Source of the DNA: Guillardia theta CCMP2712
Lineage: Eukaryota; Protista; Cryptophyta
DNA: 64,000 bases
NCBI RefSeq assembly: GCF_000315625.1
Contig: NW_005434653.1
Span: forward strand, 39,373-103,372
Reading direction: 5' to 3'
A program made the position numbers and the translations under genes. Shown one piece after another: positions 42,426 to 56,317 of the stretch (positions are counted from its first letter, which is position 1; each line of letters begins with the position of its first letter). The notes under the pieces were generated by a model. The model saw only the letters and a list, made by a program, of their open reading frames with translations, searched no databases and was not told the origin of the DNA.

Positions 42426-44600
42426 TGGCGGGAGCCACGGGAGCAGTGGTAGAGGCAGAAGCAGGAGGAGCAGGAGGAGCTGCGGCAGAGACCAGAGCAG
42501 GAGGAGCAGCAGGACAAAGTGTACCTGGTGGGGAAGTGGACACAGACCTTGATCTGCTCCTCGGAGGACCGAGCAGACCCGTGAAGGTGAAAGATATCTG
42601 CCTCGAACAAATCTTCAACATGGTCAACTACTCTTCGTTGGATGCAACCCTCCTTGCCGAGGTGAGATCATGCGAGACGTGAAGATGTAGAAGATGTTGT
42701 GTTGAGATGCAGCCATGACTAAGAAGGCTGGTGTTCTTCACTTGATACGCACCATGGTCACATAACTTTCAGTTCTACCTGTCGCAAGGGCATTGGCACG
42801 ACGAGCGTGAAGACTTGGCCTCGGCATACACTCAGTTCAAGAAGGCCTATGTCACCATGAACAACAACACCAACGTAGCCTGCAGCTACGGTGAGGCCGC
42901 GCGCCTGCCCTCCTCCCGCCTTGTTTGATCCACAGGCAGGCCACTGCGTCACGTGCGTATACCTGATGCTCAGAGAGCTGCGAGCGAGGATGGCGGAGGA
43001 GATGGACAAACTCGGGCAGACGTTGAGGATAGCAGAGAAGGTGATTGAGGACGAGCAGGAAAGTAAACGAATGACATGCAGAATCAGGGTTACTTCAAGG
43101 GGAAAAGTGGGAGAAGAATCCCCGTGCTGAGGAGAGAGGCACTGATATCGAATGTAGCAAGAAACTCGTTGTCTTTTCCCTGTTGCTGATTGTCTGGGAA
43201 GGTTACAGAAGGGCTGAGTGAGATGGAACTGTTGCGGGTGCGGATGGGAGAAAAGATGAATGAGATGTACCGGGAAGGTTTTCAGGTACTCAATCACTCA
43301 AAGATGGTCGACAAGCGAAGTCCGAGGCCTCTCCTCTACCTCTCAGGTGAGAAGTGGACTGGCTGATACAAACACAGTGGTAGACGAAAGAAACAGATAC
43401 AGAGACAGAGAGTAACAGGAAGAGGAAGAGGGAGGGGGAGAGGGAGAGGGAGGGGGAGAAACAAGGAGAGGGAGAGGGAGAAACAAGAATAGTGATTTGA
43501 TATTTCCGTTCTTCAACTCAATTTCCCCCGGCAGAGCTCGAAATGTTGCATCATTCAGACGATCTGAGCAAGGCAGAAGAATGTCTTCAGGTCCAATGCC
43601 CTTTCCTGCTTGTCCTTCAACCTCCCTGAAGACCCTTGCCAAAATTCTCAGATTTGAATTCGATCCTCTCCCATTCTACTCTCCTTCCTTTCCTCTTCCC
43701 TTCCCCTCTCCTCCCTGTCTCTTTCCTCTCCTGCCCTGTTCCTTCCTTTCCTCTTCCCTCCNNNNNNNNNNNNNNNNNNNNNNNNNNNNNNNNNNNNNNN
43801 NNNNNNNNNNNNNNNNNNNNNNNNNNNNNNNNNNNNNNNNNNNNNNNNNNNNNNNNNNNNNCCTGTCTCTTTCCTCTCCTGCCCTGTTCCTTCCTTTCCT
43901 CTTCCCTTCCCCTCTCCTCCCTGTCACTTTCCTCTCCTGCCCTGTTCCTTGCCCCTTCCCTGCTCTTCTCTTCTCTTCTTCTTTCCTTCCCATCCCTTCT
44001 CTTCAGCATTCACGCCATGATCCCAACAACGCACTGAGTGGTGACAAAACTTTTGACAGCAAGCGCTGGAGAGGGATTCTACCTCTCCTGATATCTTCGC
44101 ATCCTATGCCATCTTGCTTGAGAACATGAAGGACAGTGGAGGTGCGGAGCTTATGTACAAACAAGCTCTTGCTCTGGACCCTACCAATATCCGGTAAAAC
44201 CTCCTGACTATCCTTCTCAGCAGTCTTGCCTCCAACTCTTTGTTGTTCTCCTCCTTTGGTTTTGACTCATTTACAGCGCCCTCTGCGGATATGCTGGTCT
44301 GTTGAAGGCTCTTGGGAAGAGACAAGAGGGTTTACGGCTGTAAGACCCTGTGTCTATCTCTCATCTGTACACAACGTCTCATATCTTCTTTTCCGCGCCC
44401 TTTGCCCTCCCTCCAAGAGGCTAGCTCTTCTCTCACCTATGCCTGCTCCCTGCCCTCTCCATCCCGCAACTCTCCTCTTTCCCTCCTCCCTCCTCCCTCC
44501 TCCCTCCTCTCTCCTCCCTCCTCTTTCTAATGCCTGCTTTTCTGCTCGTCTCTATGCTCTCCCTGTATTCCTTTCTCATGTTCCTCCCAGACTCGCTCTA
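41065..44600 (+). CDS. TPR-repeat protein with signal peptide + LRGG leader, multi-exon; 3' end approximate
   Basis: MRPLILVMLLAIGAGAG...VVCLRGG. TPR-like AERSFRAVLRYDPDNVKFMSLLG, KAEECLQ-QALERDSTSPDIFASYAILL and AELMYKQALALDPTNI-ALCGYAGLL. Confidence 0.8.
43762..43861. other. Assembly gap (100 N) in a CT-rich intronic repeat
   Basis: Run of n. Confidence 0.99.
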
Positions 44601-45139
44601 GCTCGGCAGCAGAGTGAAGGAAGCCAGCTCCTCGCCGACGTTGCCCAGCAAGCCTTCCGATATTGAGACAAGACCGAGGCAACACAAGGTGACAGGACAA
44701 TATCAATGTGCTCTCCTGCAGTTTCCACTATTCGCTCCTTCGGGTGTCTCGAAGCACGTTTTCCTCACTCTTTGTGCCTCCCTCAGGCTGCCATGGCTGC
44801 CTCCCTGGCTTCTACTAGTCATGTTCGTCCTGTCAACTCACTTGCCGGAGAGCGTGACAAGCTGTCGGTATTTAGATTCTTCCTTTTCTTCCGCAGCTTA
44901 TTGCTCGGCTCAGTCATCAGTGCGAGTTATGATCTAGCGCTGAAGCTAACTCAGGTACGTTCTTCACTGCTGCAGCTAGTAGCAATGATACATGTCACCG
45001 AGCCTCCCCCCGCTCACTGCCAGTGACAGTCAGATGAGCTTTACCGTCTCTTGCCTCCTAACTGAGCATCGGAGAGCTGTCGGGCTGCCGCAGTGCAGCT
45101 GATCGGATGCCAGGATTCTCTTCCCCTGCAGCAGCGATC

Positions 45140-46700
45140 CACCGTGACTTCAGCCCCGGCCCGGGCCAAGCGAAAACTGAGCGGCGCCGATGATGGATCG
45201 AGATCTGCCGCCGAGCCAACAACTTTCAAGTTTGCATTCTGAAAGGTAAGCTGCAAGCAAACTGAAAATCATCATAAGAAAGGCCGTTTCATAGACTCGG
45301 AGGAGAGAATCATGTCAGTGCCGCGTTGCCGCAGGAACCGTGAACAACGGACTTCGTACTGATTTTTAACTTGACTTTGAGTAAAGAAAGACTCCAGGAG
45401 TTGGCAACCGCCCGGCACTGCACGGGCCCGAGTCAGGTCCTCGGACAGAACGGGCCCGAACTTGAACTTCGGAAGCCCACTGTGCGGCCCTTGGCGCCGG
45501 ATGCCCGGCTTAGTGACCGTGAGTGACGGCGGTGACGGTGACGGTGCCCGGCGCCCGCCGCGCGCGGGCCGCCGGGGGCTAGTAGAGGCGGGCCGAATCG
45601 ACGTTAACCAGCAGTAACGGTAGTTTCTTGCACCCAATACCCCACCCACCCACCCACCCACCCATACTCGCAGACCCTTCTGAGGTTTGTGGCCCCCACC
45701 TACTTCCACCCCCCTGCCTTCACGGTCCCCAGCGTTTCCCTGAGGATGACCCTACCACCCCACCCCCTTGTGCCCTGCAATGAATAGTGACCCTTGCTTC
45801 AACGTAAACTAACTTGGCAATACCCAGTCAGCGACCGGTACAATTTCAGTACTGCACGGTTAGAGATCACAGACGAGAAAATGTACGAAATTTTGTACCA
45901 TGGTCCACTCTGCCAGTACTTGAAGACTGAAAATCAAATCATTATACATTTGTTTTATTAGGTAGTGGTATCATTTACATTGTTGTAAAGTTAAATAATA
46001 ATTTAGGCTGGTGCGATGTAGGTCACCCCGGCATGTCTTCCAGGCCTGTGGGGGTGGGGTGATATCAGACGATACTGTCGCCGCTGAATGAAGTTACGGC
46101 TCTGGAGGGGTGGGGTGGTTGCGCCTCAGTGCTTCACATGGGTCCCCCGGGGCTATTCCGGTTGAGCATACTACGGGTGGAGACAGACTCTGTTTGGTAC
46201 CCTGTCTAGGTAGGGTACTCCATGAAAGAGCGGGGCATATGGGGGTAGGGTCCCATCAGGGTTGATGAGTTGTGTAGTAGCTCGTCGCCTTAAAGCCCAT
46301 AGGAGGAAGGGTGGGTAGGCTTGCAGAAGGTAGGGGTCAGTGGTGCTTCGGACCGTGTGGTAGCACAGAAACTGTTCGGTTGATGATGGGTGGGGTGGTT
46401 ATTTGTATCACTTTTGGTGTGGGTGGTTGGCATCTAGGAAGGAACTGCCGTACGGTGGGGGGTACCACAATGATGATACCAGGGGTATTCTGAAGCTGAC
46501 GAATAGGGCCGGAGAGTAAGGGATAGGGTAGGGGTGGTACTTCTGGCGGTTTGGCCGGGGGTAGTTTGCCCTGCCTCCGGCTTCTTTCTGCCGTCCCCTT
46601 CTTTTTTGCTTTTTTGGAACTTTTTTTTCTCTGGTACTAACCAGATCACAAACGACATCTTCAGTTGATACTTTTTAGAGAACGCAGCAGTTGTTGTACG
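45140..46700. other. Non-coding motif island (GC core, then TACCC and GGGTA arms) upstream of 46922
   Basis: Same vocabulary; shares a 32-bp segment with the island at 20541. Confidence 0.6.
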
Positions 46701-46921
46701 CAAGATTTTGCCTTGATTTTAGGAGGGATACAGAGGGGGTACAGTGAACACAAAGTCAGTGAATAAGGTCATGAGGATGTTGAAAGAAACATTTCTCTGT
46801 TGATGACACAAGTGAATGGAGTGTGGTCATTGTCTGTCTTTACATATTTCAATAGCCATCAATCTGTCCTTACGCACATGATCGGAATGGAACTTGTTGT
46901 GCCCGCTGACATTGGTGGCAG

Positions 46922-49496
46922 ATGAAAAAGCAATCTTCACCAAACGCCTCGGCGAGTCACGACGAGCCATACAACAACTACATGAAAGCATATCGAGTGG
47001 CAAGGGCAAGGATGAAGACACCCAGTAAGGACGGATTAAGCATTGAGGCGTCGTTTGGAAGCCCGCTGAAGAGAACCATCACGGAATCGAGCAGTAAAAT
47101 CAAAGCTGACGCATCTGGCAGCAAGAAAATGCCTCGAGCAATCTCAGACTCTGACAGCTCAGACGTTGATTCAATCGACTTTGAGATCAGATCTGTCGGA
47201 GATGTTACGATCAAGGAGGTAAGAGTAAGAGTAGCCTGCCCCCTTTCGAATGCTCACCGTTACCCGATAGATGCACCCTCGACGATTGTCTGGTCGGAGA
47301 AACATCCAGTTGTCAGCTAGTCGATTCGGAACAACACCCGACGACATGGTCGGCCAAGATGAGAAGTCAGTCACTGAATCTGAATATGTGGAAGTGAACA
47401 GGTTTGATTTTGTTCTCTTACTGCGATTGCTTGCGACCTCACACACGTCTCGATACCTCAGGGTCAACCAGGAGTTGTCGAGCACGTTGAACTCTCTGCA
47501 GAAACTTTCGAAAGAACAAGACAATGGGGGTGCAAAGCCCATGGAGGTCAGCGAGACAGCAGCTCGCAAACCAGCAGCTGGCGCAAGCAACCCAGACGAC
47601 TCGCAGGAGCATGAAGTCGTGATTGAGGCCGACGTGGGACTGAAAGGTCGAGGATTGTTCAGTCCGATAGATGCCAAGGGAGAAAAGAATCCTTTCAGCC
47701 CTGGGTACGAGAACCATGCAACCGAGGTAGGGGAAGAGCTTGAGATGTCGATGACTCGGCCTGATCTGATGTTGTAGAATGGGACTCGATCGTCGCGCTC
47801 TCGTACGAACCTGAGCTTCCAGGAAGCAAAGGATGGTATCAGAAACGAATTGCAGTCGATGCACCAGCAATTGTCCGTGGCTGACTATGAAAGGAGCTCC
47901 AACGACGAAAGCTCGAGAGTGGAACAGCATCTGTCAAAGGTCAAGTCACAACTGAATTCATCCGTCGAAGACCAGGAGCAGTGGCAGCATTCTGATCAGG
48001 TCCTCTCGCCTACCTCCTCACACAGCCCTGCCTGGTCCTCGAAGAAGGAGAAGCTCAAGGCCGAGCTCCAGAAGTATACAGCCCAGCTCCGGATGGCCAA
48101 GAATGCCAGGAAGAACAGAGAGAGCGAGGATCTAGCGCGCATTCAGCACGAGCGGACGACAGATGAAGTCTCTTCCGCGCAGATCAACATGGAGCTTGTC
48201 AAGGACGAAGACCCGTACTCGTTCGTCGGCTCTGACAAAGAGAACCGGGAGGAGGGGATGACAGACTTGGAGCTGAGCAGCAGAGATCACATTGCAAAGC
48301 AGCAGGAGTACATCAAGGATGAGATCAACCAGCAGCTCGAGAGCCTGGAGAGGCTCGAGGGAGAGACGAAGAAGAGCGTCAGCAAACACGATCAGTCGAG
48401 CTCTTTTGCTGGCGTGTTTGGCATGAACGATCCGGCTCCCTTGGCTGAATCCACCAACAAGATCTCAGTCAAGTCTTCTTCCTTCGGCAACGCTGAAGAC
48501 AAGACCATGGAGATAGCGGGGGATGCGCCACCAGAGCACGCGCAGCCTGTCTGCTGTGGGTTTCTAGCGGCGTACTCGAGGCTGCCGGTCTCAGGCATCT
48601 CCTTCGACTGGAGGGACACCAAGAGTGGAGCGAGGAACCGGCTCCTCGTGTCCTTCAGCTACGTCTTTGTCTATGTCGCCATCATCGTCCTGTTCGCCTT
48701 GCTCTCCTTCATCTTCGGGCTTTTCACTCCCTGGGGTTTTCCCACCTGGGCCATCACGCTGCCGTCGCTCTTCTTTGGCTTCTTCTACGTCAAGGCTCAG
48801 CCCCGGCAGGTCAGAGGTGAGTTCACGTTGCCCGGGCCCGTGCAGGCCTTCTGGGTCTTTTGCAGCTGGAACACGGCCATGACCTTTCTCGCTGCTATCC
48901 TCTCGGCCAATGCAGCTCGGTCAATCCAGCCGCTGCTGTCAACGAGTTACTGTGACGGCAATGCGGTGGTGTACAACTCCACGAGCAGCAGCATTGAAAC
49001 AACGTATCATTCGCCCTCCGACGTGCTCAACCTGGCCGTGTGTGAATCATGGAACATGTGCAAAGGAGACGGGATCAAGATGGCATCTTGCGGAGGCATG
49101 TATGGCATGAACGTGTTCAACACCCTCTTCTTCCTCTTCTCCTCCTTCGCATTTCTGTTCTGCTTGATCTACTTGTACTACATCGTCAACGTCCGACACC
49201 GCGAGTACCTCGAGGCTCTCCATGGCAAGTTGACAACCTATGATGACCTCACCCTGGGCGCTTGCTGGGACAAGTTCCGCCAGTCAGACTTCTTCCTCTT
49301 CATCACCGGCGACACGTCAGCGTTCGAGAAGGAGTCAGTGGAGAGCGAACAGGAGGAGCGTGATCATGGCCATGGCCATCAACAGCTGGAGATCGTGACG
49401 CACGAGCACATCAGCATTGGCGACTCGAGAAACTCGGCGAGAAGCTCTCGGGTCATCGACCCGAAGCTCCAGAGCCCATCTGAGAACATGTGTTGA
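46922..49496 (+). CDS. Hypothetical polytopic membrane protein (long hydrophilic/coiled-coil N-terminus, several C-terminal TM helices); start uncertain
   Basis: Three short introns join the upstream ORFs to the 548-aa ORF. Hydrophobic blocks FSYVFVYVAIIVLFALLSFIFGLF, WAITLPSLFFGFFYV and NTLFFLFSSFAFLFCLIYLYYIV; Cys-containing loop. Confidence 0.8.
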
Positions 49497-49682
49497 GACA
49501 TGTGCAGCAACAAAATGTGTTAAGCCTTTGAAAGTTCATTTGTAAACTTAAGAGAAGCGTGTCGTCTGATCCCCAGCCTCTCCTCGCTCCGTCCCCACCT
49601 AGACGATGGCAGCGGCGAAATGCGCCATGCGGGAAGGAAGGTAGACCTGCAAGCATGTGTCAGGGCGAGCGGAGGTGACAGA

Positions 49683-52281
49683 TCAGGTCACATCATGCTC
49701 CAGGTTCCACTGGTCAAGACGAGGATCATAGCTCTCGATGGCTGAAATGGCATGAGTCAAGCAAGACAGGCTTGCTGGAGATCAGCCGAGGTCTCACCCG
49801 AAAGATACTTCAAGCCATCGTATCCTCCGATGGCACAGAGCTTGTGATTCAACTGCAGAAGCCTCTCACCACCTCGAGGGCCCTCTACCCTGCAACTCAC
49901 CACATGCAGCGCCAACCCGCTTCTCTTCTTCTGCATCTTAGCCACCAGCTGCCAGGTGTTTGTCTTGGGGTCAAGTTTCTCAACCGTTGCGAGGTCGTGC
50001 TTGCTGTCGAAGCCGCCAGCGACATACAGAACGCCATCCAAGACCTGCGGCCCGGCGGTCAGTCCGACCGGTAGCCTCGATCCCATTAGGCGGCGAAGCT
50101 TCACTTACCGCCATGGCATGGTCGCGACGAGCGTGATTGAGAGGAGGCCCCTCGACCCACTTCACTGAGCCAATAACATCAGAGAAACGCAACAGCTGAG
50201 AGAGCAGGGGGCGTACTTGAGACTGAGTCAAAAATCTCCACTGTGTTCAAGACCTGGCACGGTGTCAACTGGCACAGCACATTCATGCTGGTAGAGTTAC
50301 GTTCTTGCCGTCGAAACCACCGACAGCGTAGAGATGATCTCCAAGGACAGCAAGGCGGGCGCCGGATCTAGCATGCTGTGAAAGTGTGAGCTGGGAGACG
50401 GACGAAGAGGAGAACAGGTGACCGGCATCGGAGCCATCTGTTGCCAGACTTGCATGGTACGATTGAGAAATTCACAGCTTGACAGATGCCTGGGGCAAGT
50501 CAACGACACCGGCACAAAGTCTCTTCAATGTCATTACTTGTGCCCATCGTATCCACCAGCAGCACAAATCATTCCTCCCAAGTTTGCCATCCCAAAGCTT
50601 CCCCTGGCTGTGAGCATTGGCGGCCCCTTGGTGGAGACGTTAGTAAAGGCGTCAAGTTGTCAACATTCACTCATACCTTCTTCCATGAGTTGCTGCTCAG
50701 ATCAAACATTTCAACCGATCGGAGGTACTTGTGACCGTCCCATCCCCCAGCAACGTACACGATCCCGTCAGCCTCTGCCGCCGATACTTGCTTCCTTGCG
50801 ATGTGCATTTCGTCGAGAACGAACCCTTCTCCCGTGATGCTGTCGATCATGAGCGCAGACTTGAGCGCATCTGAATTCTTTCCTTTCCTTCCTCCGGCGC
50901 ACACCAGATACCTGCCCTTGCTGCCAAGGCGGACTTTAGTCTGAGAGCTCTCCAGCATCTGCTTCTGCTCAGGAGTGCTGCCCACGTAGGCAATGGCTGC
51001 ATTCAGCATCGCCTGCCACTGTGGGTTGTTGGCCAAGTGCTTGTGGATAAGGGGCGCAGCAGCCACTTTCTTCGCCAGGGTGTCGAGGGGGAGGAGGCCG
51101 AAACGGATCTGACCCATGAGGCGGAGGAGGCTGGAAGATCGGTTGGCCTCGTTGAACTCCACCCAGCGGATGACGGAGTCAAAGATGACCTTCTCGGACT
51201 CGACGAACAAGTCGTCGCTCCCGATGATCTCATAAAGGGCGTCCTCAGTGAGGTCGTTGAAGCTCTGAGACTTGCTCACTGCAACGAAATCGTGCATGAT
51301 GAACCTGTTTGCGGCATCCAGGAGCTCGTGGCATTCGAGCGTCTTGCCAAGGTGCCGCATCCTGAGGGCGTTGGAGGGCTTCAGGTCTTTCATCAGGTGG
51401 AAGTAACAAGTATCCTTCAATCCGGAGATTCCGAGCTTCTGGCTGATGCCAAGGATGTCAGGGAGCTTCTCCTCCGAAACCTTGATCTTGCGAGCATAGA
51501 TGTAATCGAACACGACCGTCAGACTTTCACCATCCATGCTCTGCATGTCGAGCTCCTTGGTTCCCGCTGGAAGATTTTCGAGCATTTTTTTCAGCTCGGG
51601 GCTCGCAGCTGCAAGGATTGCCTGGTGGGCTGCGATCTTCACACCCCCTTGCCCCTTGATGGTGATGTCTATCAGCTTCGAAGATTCCTGCAGCTCCCGC
51701 AGGCCCTTGGCAAGGTATTGGACATGGCCCTCGGATGAGATGGTGAGGATGTTTTGGCCCTCAGCCTCAGTCTCGTCGCGCGTTTCAGTATCGCGGAGAG
51801 CGAGCGGCTTCTTTCCCTTGCCGAAGGCATGGTCATAGTCGAAGTACTCATGGGCTGAGCTGTCATCGTCGTAGCCTTCCTCTCTGTTGTGATCTCTTTC
51901 ATCCAGAGCCTTCGCGTCCTGGTCTTCGTCCGAGTACTCGGTCTCGTCGTACTCCGTCGAAGTGTAGGACGACGTCAAGCTATCGGCAGAATCTGACATG
52001 TCTGTCACGTCATCGCTGTCATCATCGTACTTGGAGTGCTTCGCTTTCCTCTTGCCTCCTCGCAGCCTCTGCAAGCACGGCAGTCCCAGGCTGCCCATCA
52101 ACCCAGGGCCCTTTTGATCCTTTGTCAGCTCATAGAGCATTCCGAATCTGGATTGGATCCTCTTGCTGTGAACCATGCGAGCATCGTTGATCAGCATGTT
52201 TGCAGCGCCATGGTGCTCGGCTACAATCAGCGCCACCTGCAGCGAGCACAACAACACAATCCGAGGGATCGCAAGCAACAT
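49683..52281 (-). CDS. BTB-BACK-Kelch (KLHL-like) protein with signal peptide + LRGG leader
   Basis: BTB: LIDITIK...IAAHQAILAAASPELKKM...FDYIY. BACK: DDLFVESEKVIFDSVIRWV...QIRFGLL. Kelch repeats YVAGGWDG, CAAGGYDG, YVAGGFDS, CAIGGYDG and SYDPRLDQW. Confidence 0.95.
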
Positions 52282-52819
52282 CGCAAACAGATCAGCCAGA
52301 CGCTATGAAAATCGTGAAGCCTCTCTGCTCAAACAAACGCAACTTGGTCAGTAAACAATCAAGCTATGAATAGGTTTGAGTAAGAATGTGTTCGTGCGTG
52401 TTGTCTCTCAAGGCTGTCGATACTGTTTACACTGAAAATCATATTTCTTTATAGTTTGTTCTACGCAATCTGGCTGCGAGCATTCTCACGCAGCGATGTG
52501 TTCGTTCCTCCACCATTGGAATATCTAACATTTCAATTACATGCTTAACTGCTACTTATCATCTAACAACATCCTGATCTTTTGTATTGCACGTCTGCTG
52601 TTCGCTGCAAAGGTCCCTCGGTCCAAAAGAAGAATTCTTTGACGAACATGGAATCTACTCCCTCCCTATCTTAGCCTTAGTCGTCCTTGTAGGAACGATT
52701 CTATCATCTAAGAGACATTCAGAGACAGGATTCTTTCTTCCTTCCACCATTCCCTCTCCTCCGCCGCTCAGTCTTGCATCCCTCGTTCTTTTCCTCGGCA
52801 TTTTCGAATTCCGCCAAGA

Positions 52820-54560
52820 CTACCTACCCCAAATGACCCCTGCGACGTTCCTACCCCTGCGATTCCTAAAGAAGGCCCTACCCAGACCTGTTCGATGGAT
52901 TTTATTTGATGTACCCGTCTTTATCAAGACCCACCCCGTTGAAAACCAGAAAATAAGAGGAAAAGACCCGGATATTCTCCAGGCTCGGAAACCAAGATGT
53001 GGTAGGGGTAGTGTGTCTCCCCAGAGAACCCTCTCGATAGCATCAAAGATCTCTGAATAGGTAGCCCTACCCCATCAACGACCACCCCTACCCTGAATTT
53101 TTTTGCTTCACTTTCCGCCCCATCACGAGGCTCCCGCTCAATTGACCCCACCTGGTATAATCTGAACATTTACTTAGAAAGGTACCGGTACTTGATCCGC
53201 CAATCCAATCCAGATTTGGGATCGGCCCCTCAAATGAACTACTTGGAAATTGAATACTTTCAAATCATTCTCCCAATATGTTAACTTAACCCGGTGATCC
53301 GACGGACTCGCCGGCCCGGGAGTCCCAGGCCCGGCCCGGCCCGTGCCGCCGGGGCCATCCCGGACTGCGGCGGGCCCGATCGCCACCGTCTCAGAGTCTC
53401 GACTCAGACCGGACGGTCGGACGGCGGGCCCGGGGTACCGCTCTCAATTGACCCCTGTGGCGCAGTAAACCCGTGGCACCGTGACGCCACCGTCACGGCG
53501 TGTCACCGTCAGTGACTGCCACTCACGGGGGGGCACGGTGGCGCCACGCCGGCGGCGCGGCGGCGGACCGTCTTGAAACAAGCCGGCTCAGCCTGGCTAG
53601 TACGCGGCCGGTAACCCGGGCCCACTGCCTGCATCATGACTCATGATGACCGGGCATCCAGACCGTACTCGCCATGACTCGGCCATGGCCGAGTCGGACC
53701 GGGCCGTCTCCGAGGTCTCGCTCGGACCGGCGCCGGGGTCACGAGGCTCCCGGCGTCCGACGGTCGGCCCGGAGGCTGCCCGGCAGAGTCACGCCGAGTC
53801 GCAACGGCGGGCCGTCGCCGAGTGGCCGCGCGAGGCAGTCCGAGTGGCACTGCGGCGGCCGCACCGGGGTCCGACCGTCAGTCCGCCGAGTGAGTCAGTG
53901 AGAGTTCAAGTTCAACGGTTAGCGTAAGTTAGCGACTTCCGAAGTTCACTGACTGAGTCAGTCGAGGCCGGCCCCCCGGGCCCGGCGGGGCGCCGCGGCG
54001 CCCCCGCGGCACTCAGTCCGATGGGGACGGTGACAGCCTGCCGCAAATCAGTGATTGAAGTTTACCCCGGCCTACGGAAGTCCGCGGGTCACCGGGTTAC
54101 ACCATATGGGTTCAAATCTCAATGATTCAAGGTTGATTCGACAATGCCCGGCCGGCCCGGCCCGGGCCCGCCCGCGGCGGGCCGGCCCCGGGGGCCCCGC
54201 GACTCCCGGCGATGACGTCATCTGCCACCCATCAGTGATGGACTATTTTTATTAATGATTGGCAGACCGTCCCACGCCGTTCGTGCCCGGACGGTGGGCG
54301 GCCACAAAGTCTTCTCAATGTTTGGAGGCGGCGTAATGAGCAAGGCTGGTACGGGGTTTGGGTGAGACTAAAATGTTTTAATTTGTACACAAATCTTCTT
54401 TTGTTGTTTTTAAAGAGGTACTATTGTGTTGATAAGTGAATAATTATACACTAAAGTTGTACCATGAATTGATATAATGTTTTATATCTATATCTTTATT
54501 GAGGTACTTGGGGAAAATCAGGGTGGAAACCAGGGGAACGTGGTCGGGTGGGGGCAGGTT
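52820..54560. other. Largest non-coding motif island, between divergent genes 52281(-) and 54869(+)
   Basis: TACCC arm, then a ~1-kb GC core of ccgg, ggcc, gagtc, gtcac, ccgtc, cagtg and aagtt words. Confidence 0.65.
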
Positions 54561-54868
54561 GCGGAAGGAAAATGGACAGACAAGAACGGAAGAGGAAGGG
54601 AGGGATAGAAGAAAAGGAGAAGTGAGACTCGATCGGGAGGATGACAGTGATAGGAACAAAGTTCGCCAGTAGGGAGAACAGCAGGATAGCAAGGAAGGTA
54701 ACCATGTGCAGGGCAGGCTCGAAACGGTACAAGCGACATGAAGAGTTGGTAGCGCGCAGGAGGAGCAAGAGCAGGAGAGGGAAATCGGAACGTGAAATCA
54801 CATCCGAGACGATCACATCACACGATACATGCACGTGAAGCAAGCATCTGACCGGCTCGTTGCGCAGC

Positions 54869-56142
54869 ATGAACAATCTACGAGGGTATATGAGGTCGAG
54901 TCTGCAGGCGACAAAGAAAGTCATGCACCTGCCCAATGTCGCGGCAAGGAAACCCAGTGAGAGGAGGGCACCGAATGCTCCGGTGCCAAATGCTCTCTCG
55001 CGCATCAGCGTCTCTCAGCTACTTCCAAGACACAACAAGCAGGTCGAGGTTCCTCGAATGACCCACGAGCCCCAGCCCTTCATTCTTCCCCAGTACTTCC
55101 GAGAAGGAGCCCCCCTCCCCCTCACCATCCCCAAGCACTTCACCATGCAAGAGGAGAGCGTCAAGTTCGACCCCGAACGTCACCTCAACATCTGCAAGGA
55201 GATCGCCGTCTCAAGATCGCATGGGAGCGTCTACACCAAACCCTTCCGGTTGCTGAGCGAGGAGGGCGTGGAGGTCCTGCGGCGAATCATCGAGGCCAAC
55301 GAGGAGCATGCGAAGCAGATGGTTCGCTCACCTAAGTGTCTCCGCGGCCTCGGCTATCGCTCCCAGTTCGTGCGGGACCTGTCGACATACAGGCCCCTCC
55401 TCGATCTCCTTTCCTCCCTCGCAGGCGAGCCCATCTCCCTGCATGCTCATGGGATGAACATCGGGTAAGCGGGAGGAGCGGGCCGTCTGATCCCCCTGCT
55501 GACCTTCAGAGCAGGCACACCAACTTCGGGGAGGTCGGGGGCGCAGCAGCTGAGAAGTGGCACGTGGACTCAGTCGACTACGTGCTCATCGTCATGCTGT
55601 CGGACCCGGTCGGCATGCAGGGAGGAGACCTGCAGCTCTATCTGCCGCAGGCAGCAGCTGACGCTCACTCGTCCTGGGACCAGCTCTCGGGGGGCACTGC
55701 GAGGAAGGAGGACGTCCGTAGCCTCCAGTTCCCCTCCGCAGGGTACGCGACGTTCGTGCAAGGCTCCAAGATCTTCCATACGGTCTCCCCTCTCCTCGCT
55801 GCTAAGGGGCCCCGCATCACCCTCGTCAACTCCTTCACGTCCAACAATGTCTTCAAGCCTGACTCCACGCGCTTCTCCTCCTACAAGGACACCTTCCTCG
55901 ACCCCCCCGACGTCGTCGACATCGAGTTCTCCCGCCATCGCGCCGCCAGGGCCATCGGGCAGCTGGAGCATCTCCTCAACGCCTCCTGGGACACGCCAGC
56001 GGTCGAGCTTGCGTCTGTGTTGCAGCTGGCGGGACAGGAGCTGCTGATGACGTCACGGCTACTGCGAGGGGAGGAGAAGGACATGCTGAGCTGCAACTCA
56101 GCAGAGCAGAAGAGGATCGGAGGAGACGTGAAGGCAGGATGA
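54869..56142 (+). CDS. 2OG-Fe(II) oxygenase-superfamily protein, one intron (~55465-55515)
   Basis: WHVDS (HxD), VMLSD..MQGGDL, QGSKIFHTV (distal His) and RITLVNSF. Confidence 0.85.
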
Positions 56143-56317
56143 GGGCAACGAGGAGGATAGGGAGGGCGGGGGCATGTAAGATACGTTCTGGTTATTGATT
56201 GAAGGGATTTTAGTGCGGAAAGAATAACAAGGGCGAAAGAATAAATGAAACAAGAGGGGCCATGGCAGCCGATGCTGATCACCATACTGACATGTTAATG
56301 TTCTGCCGCCAAGAACA

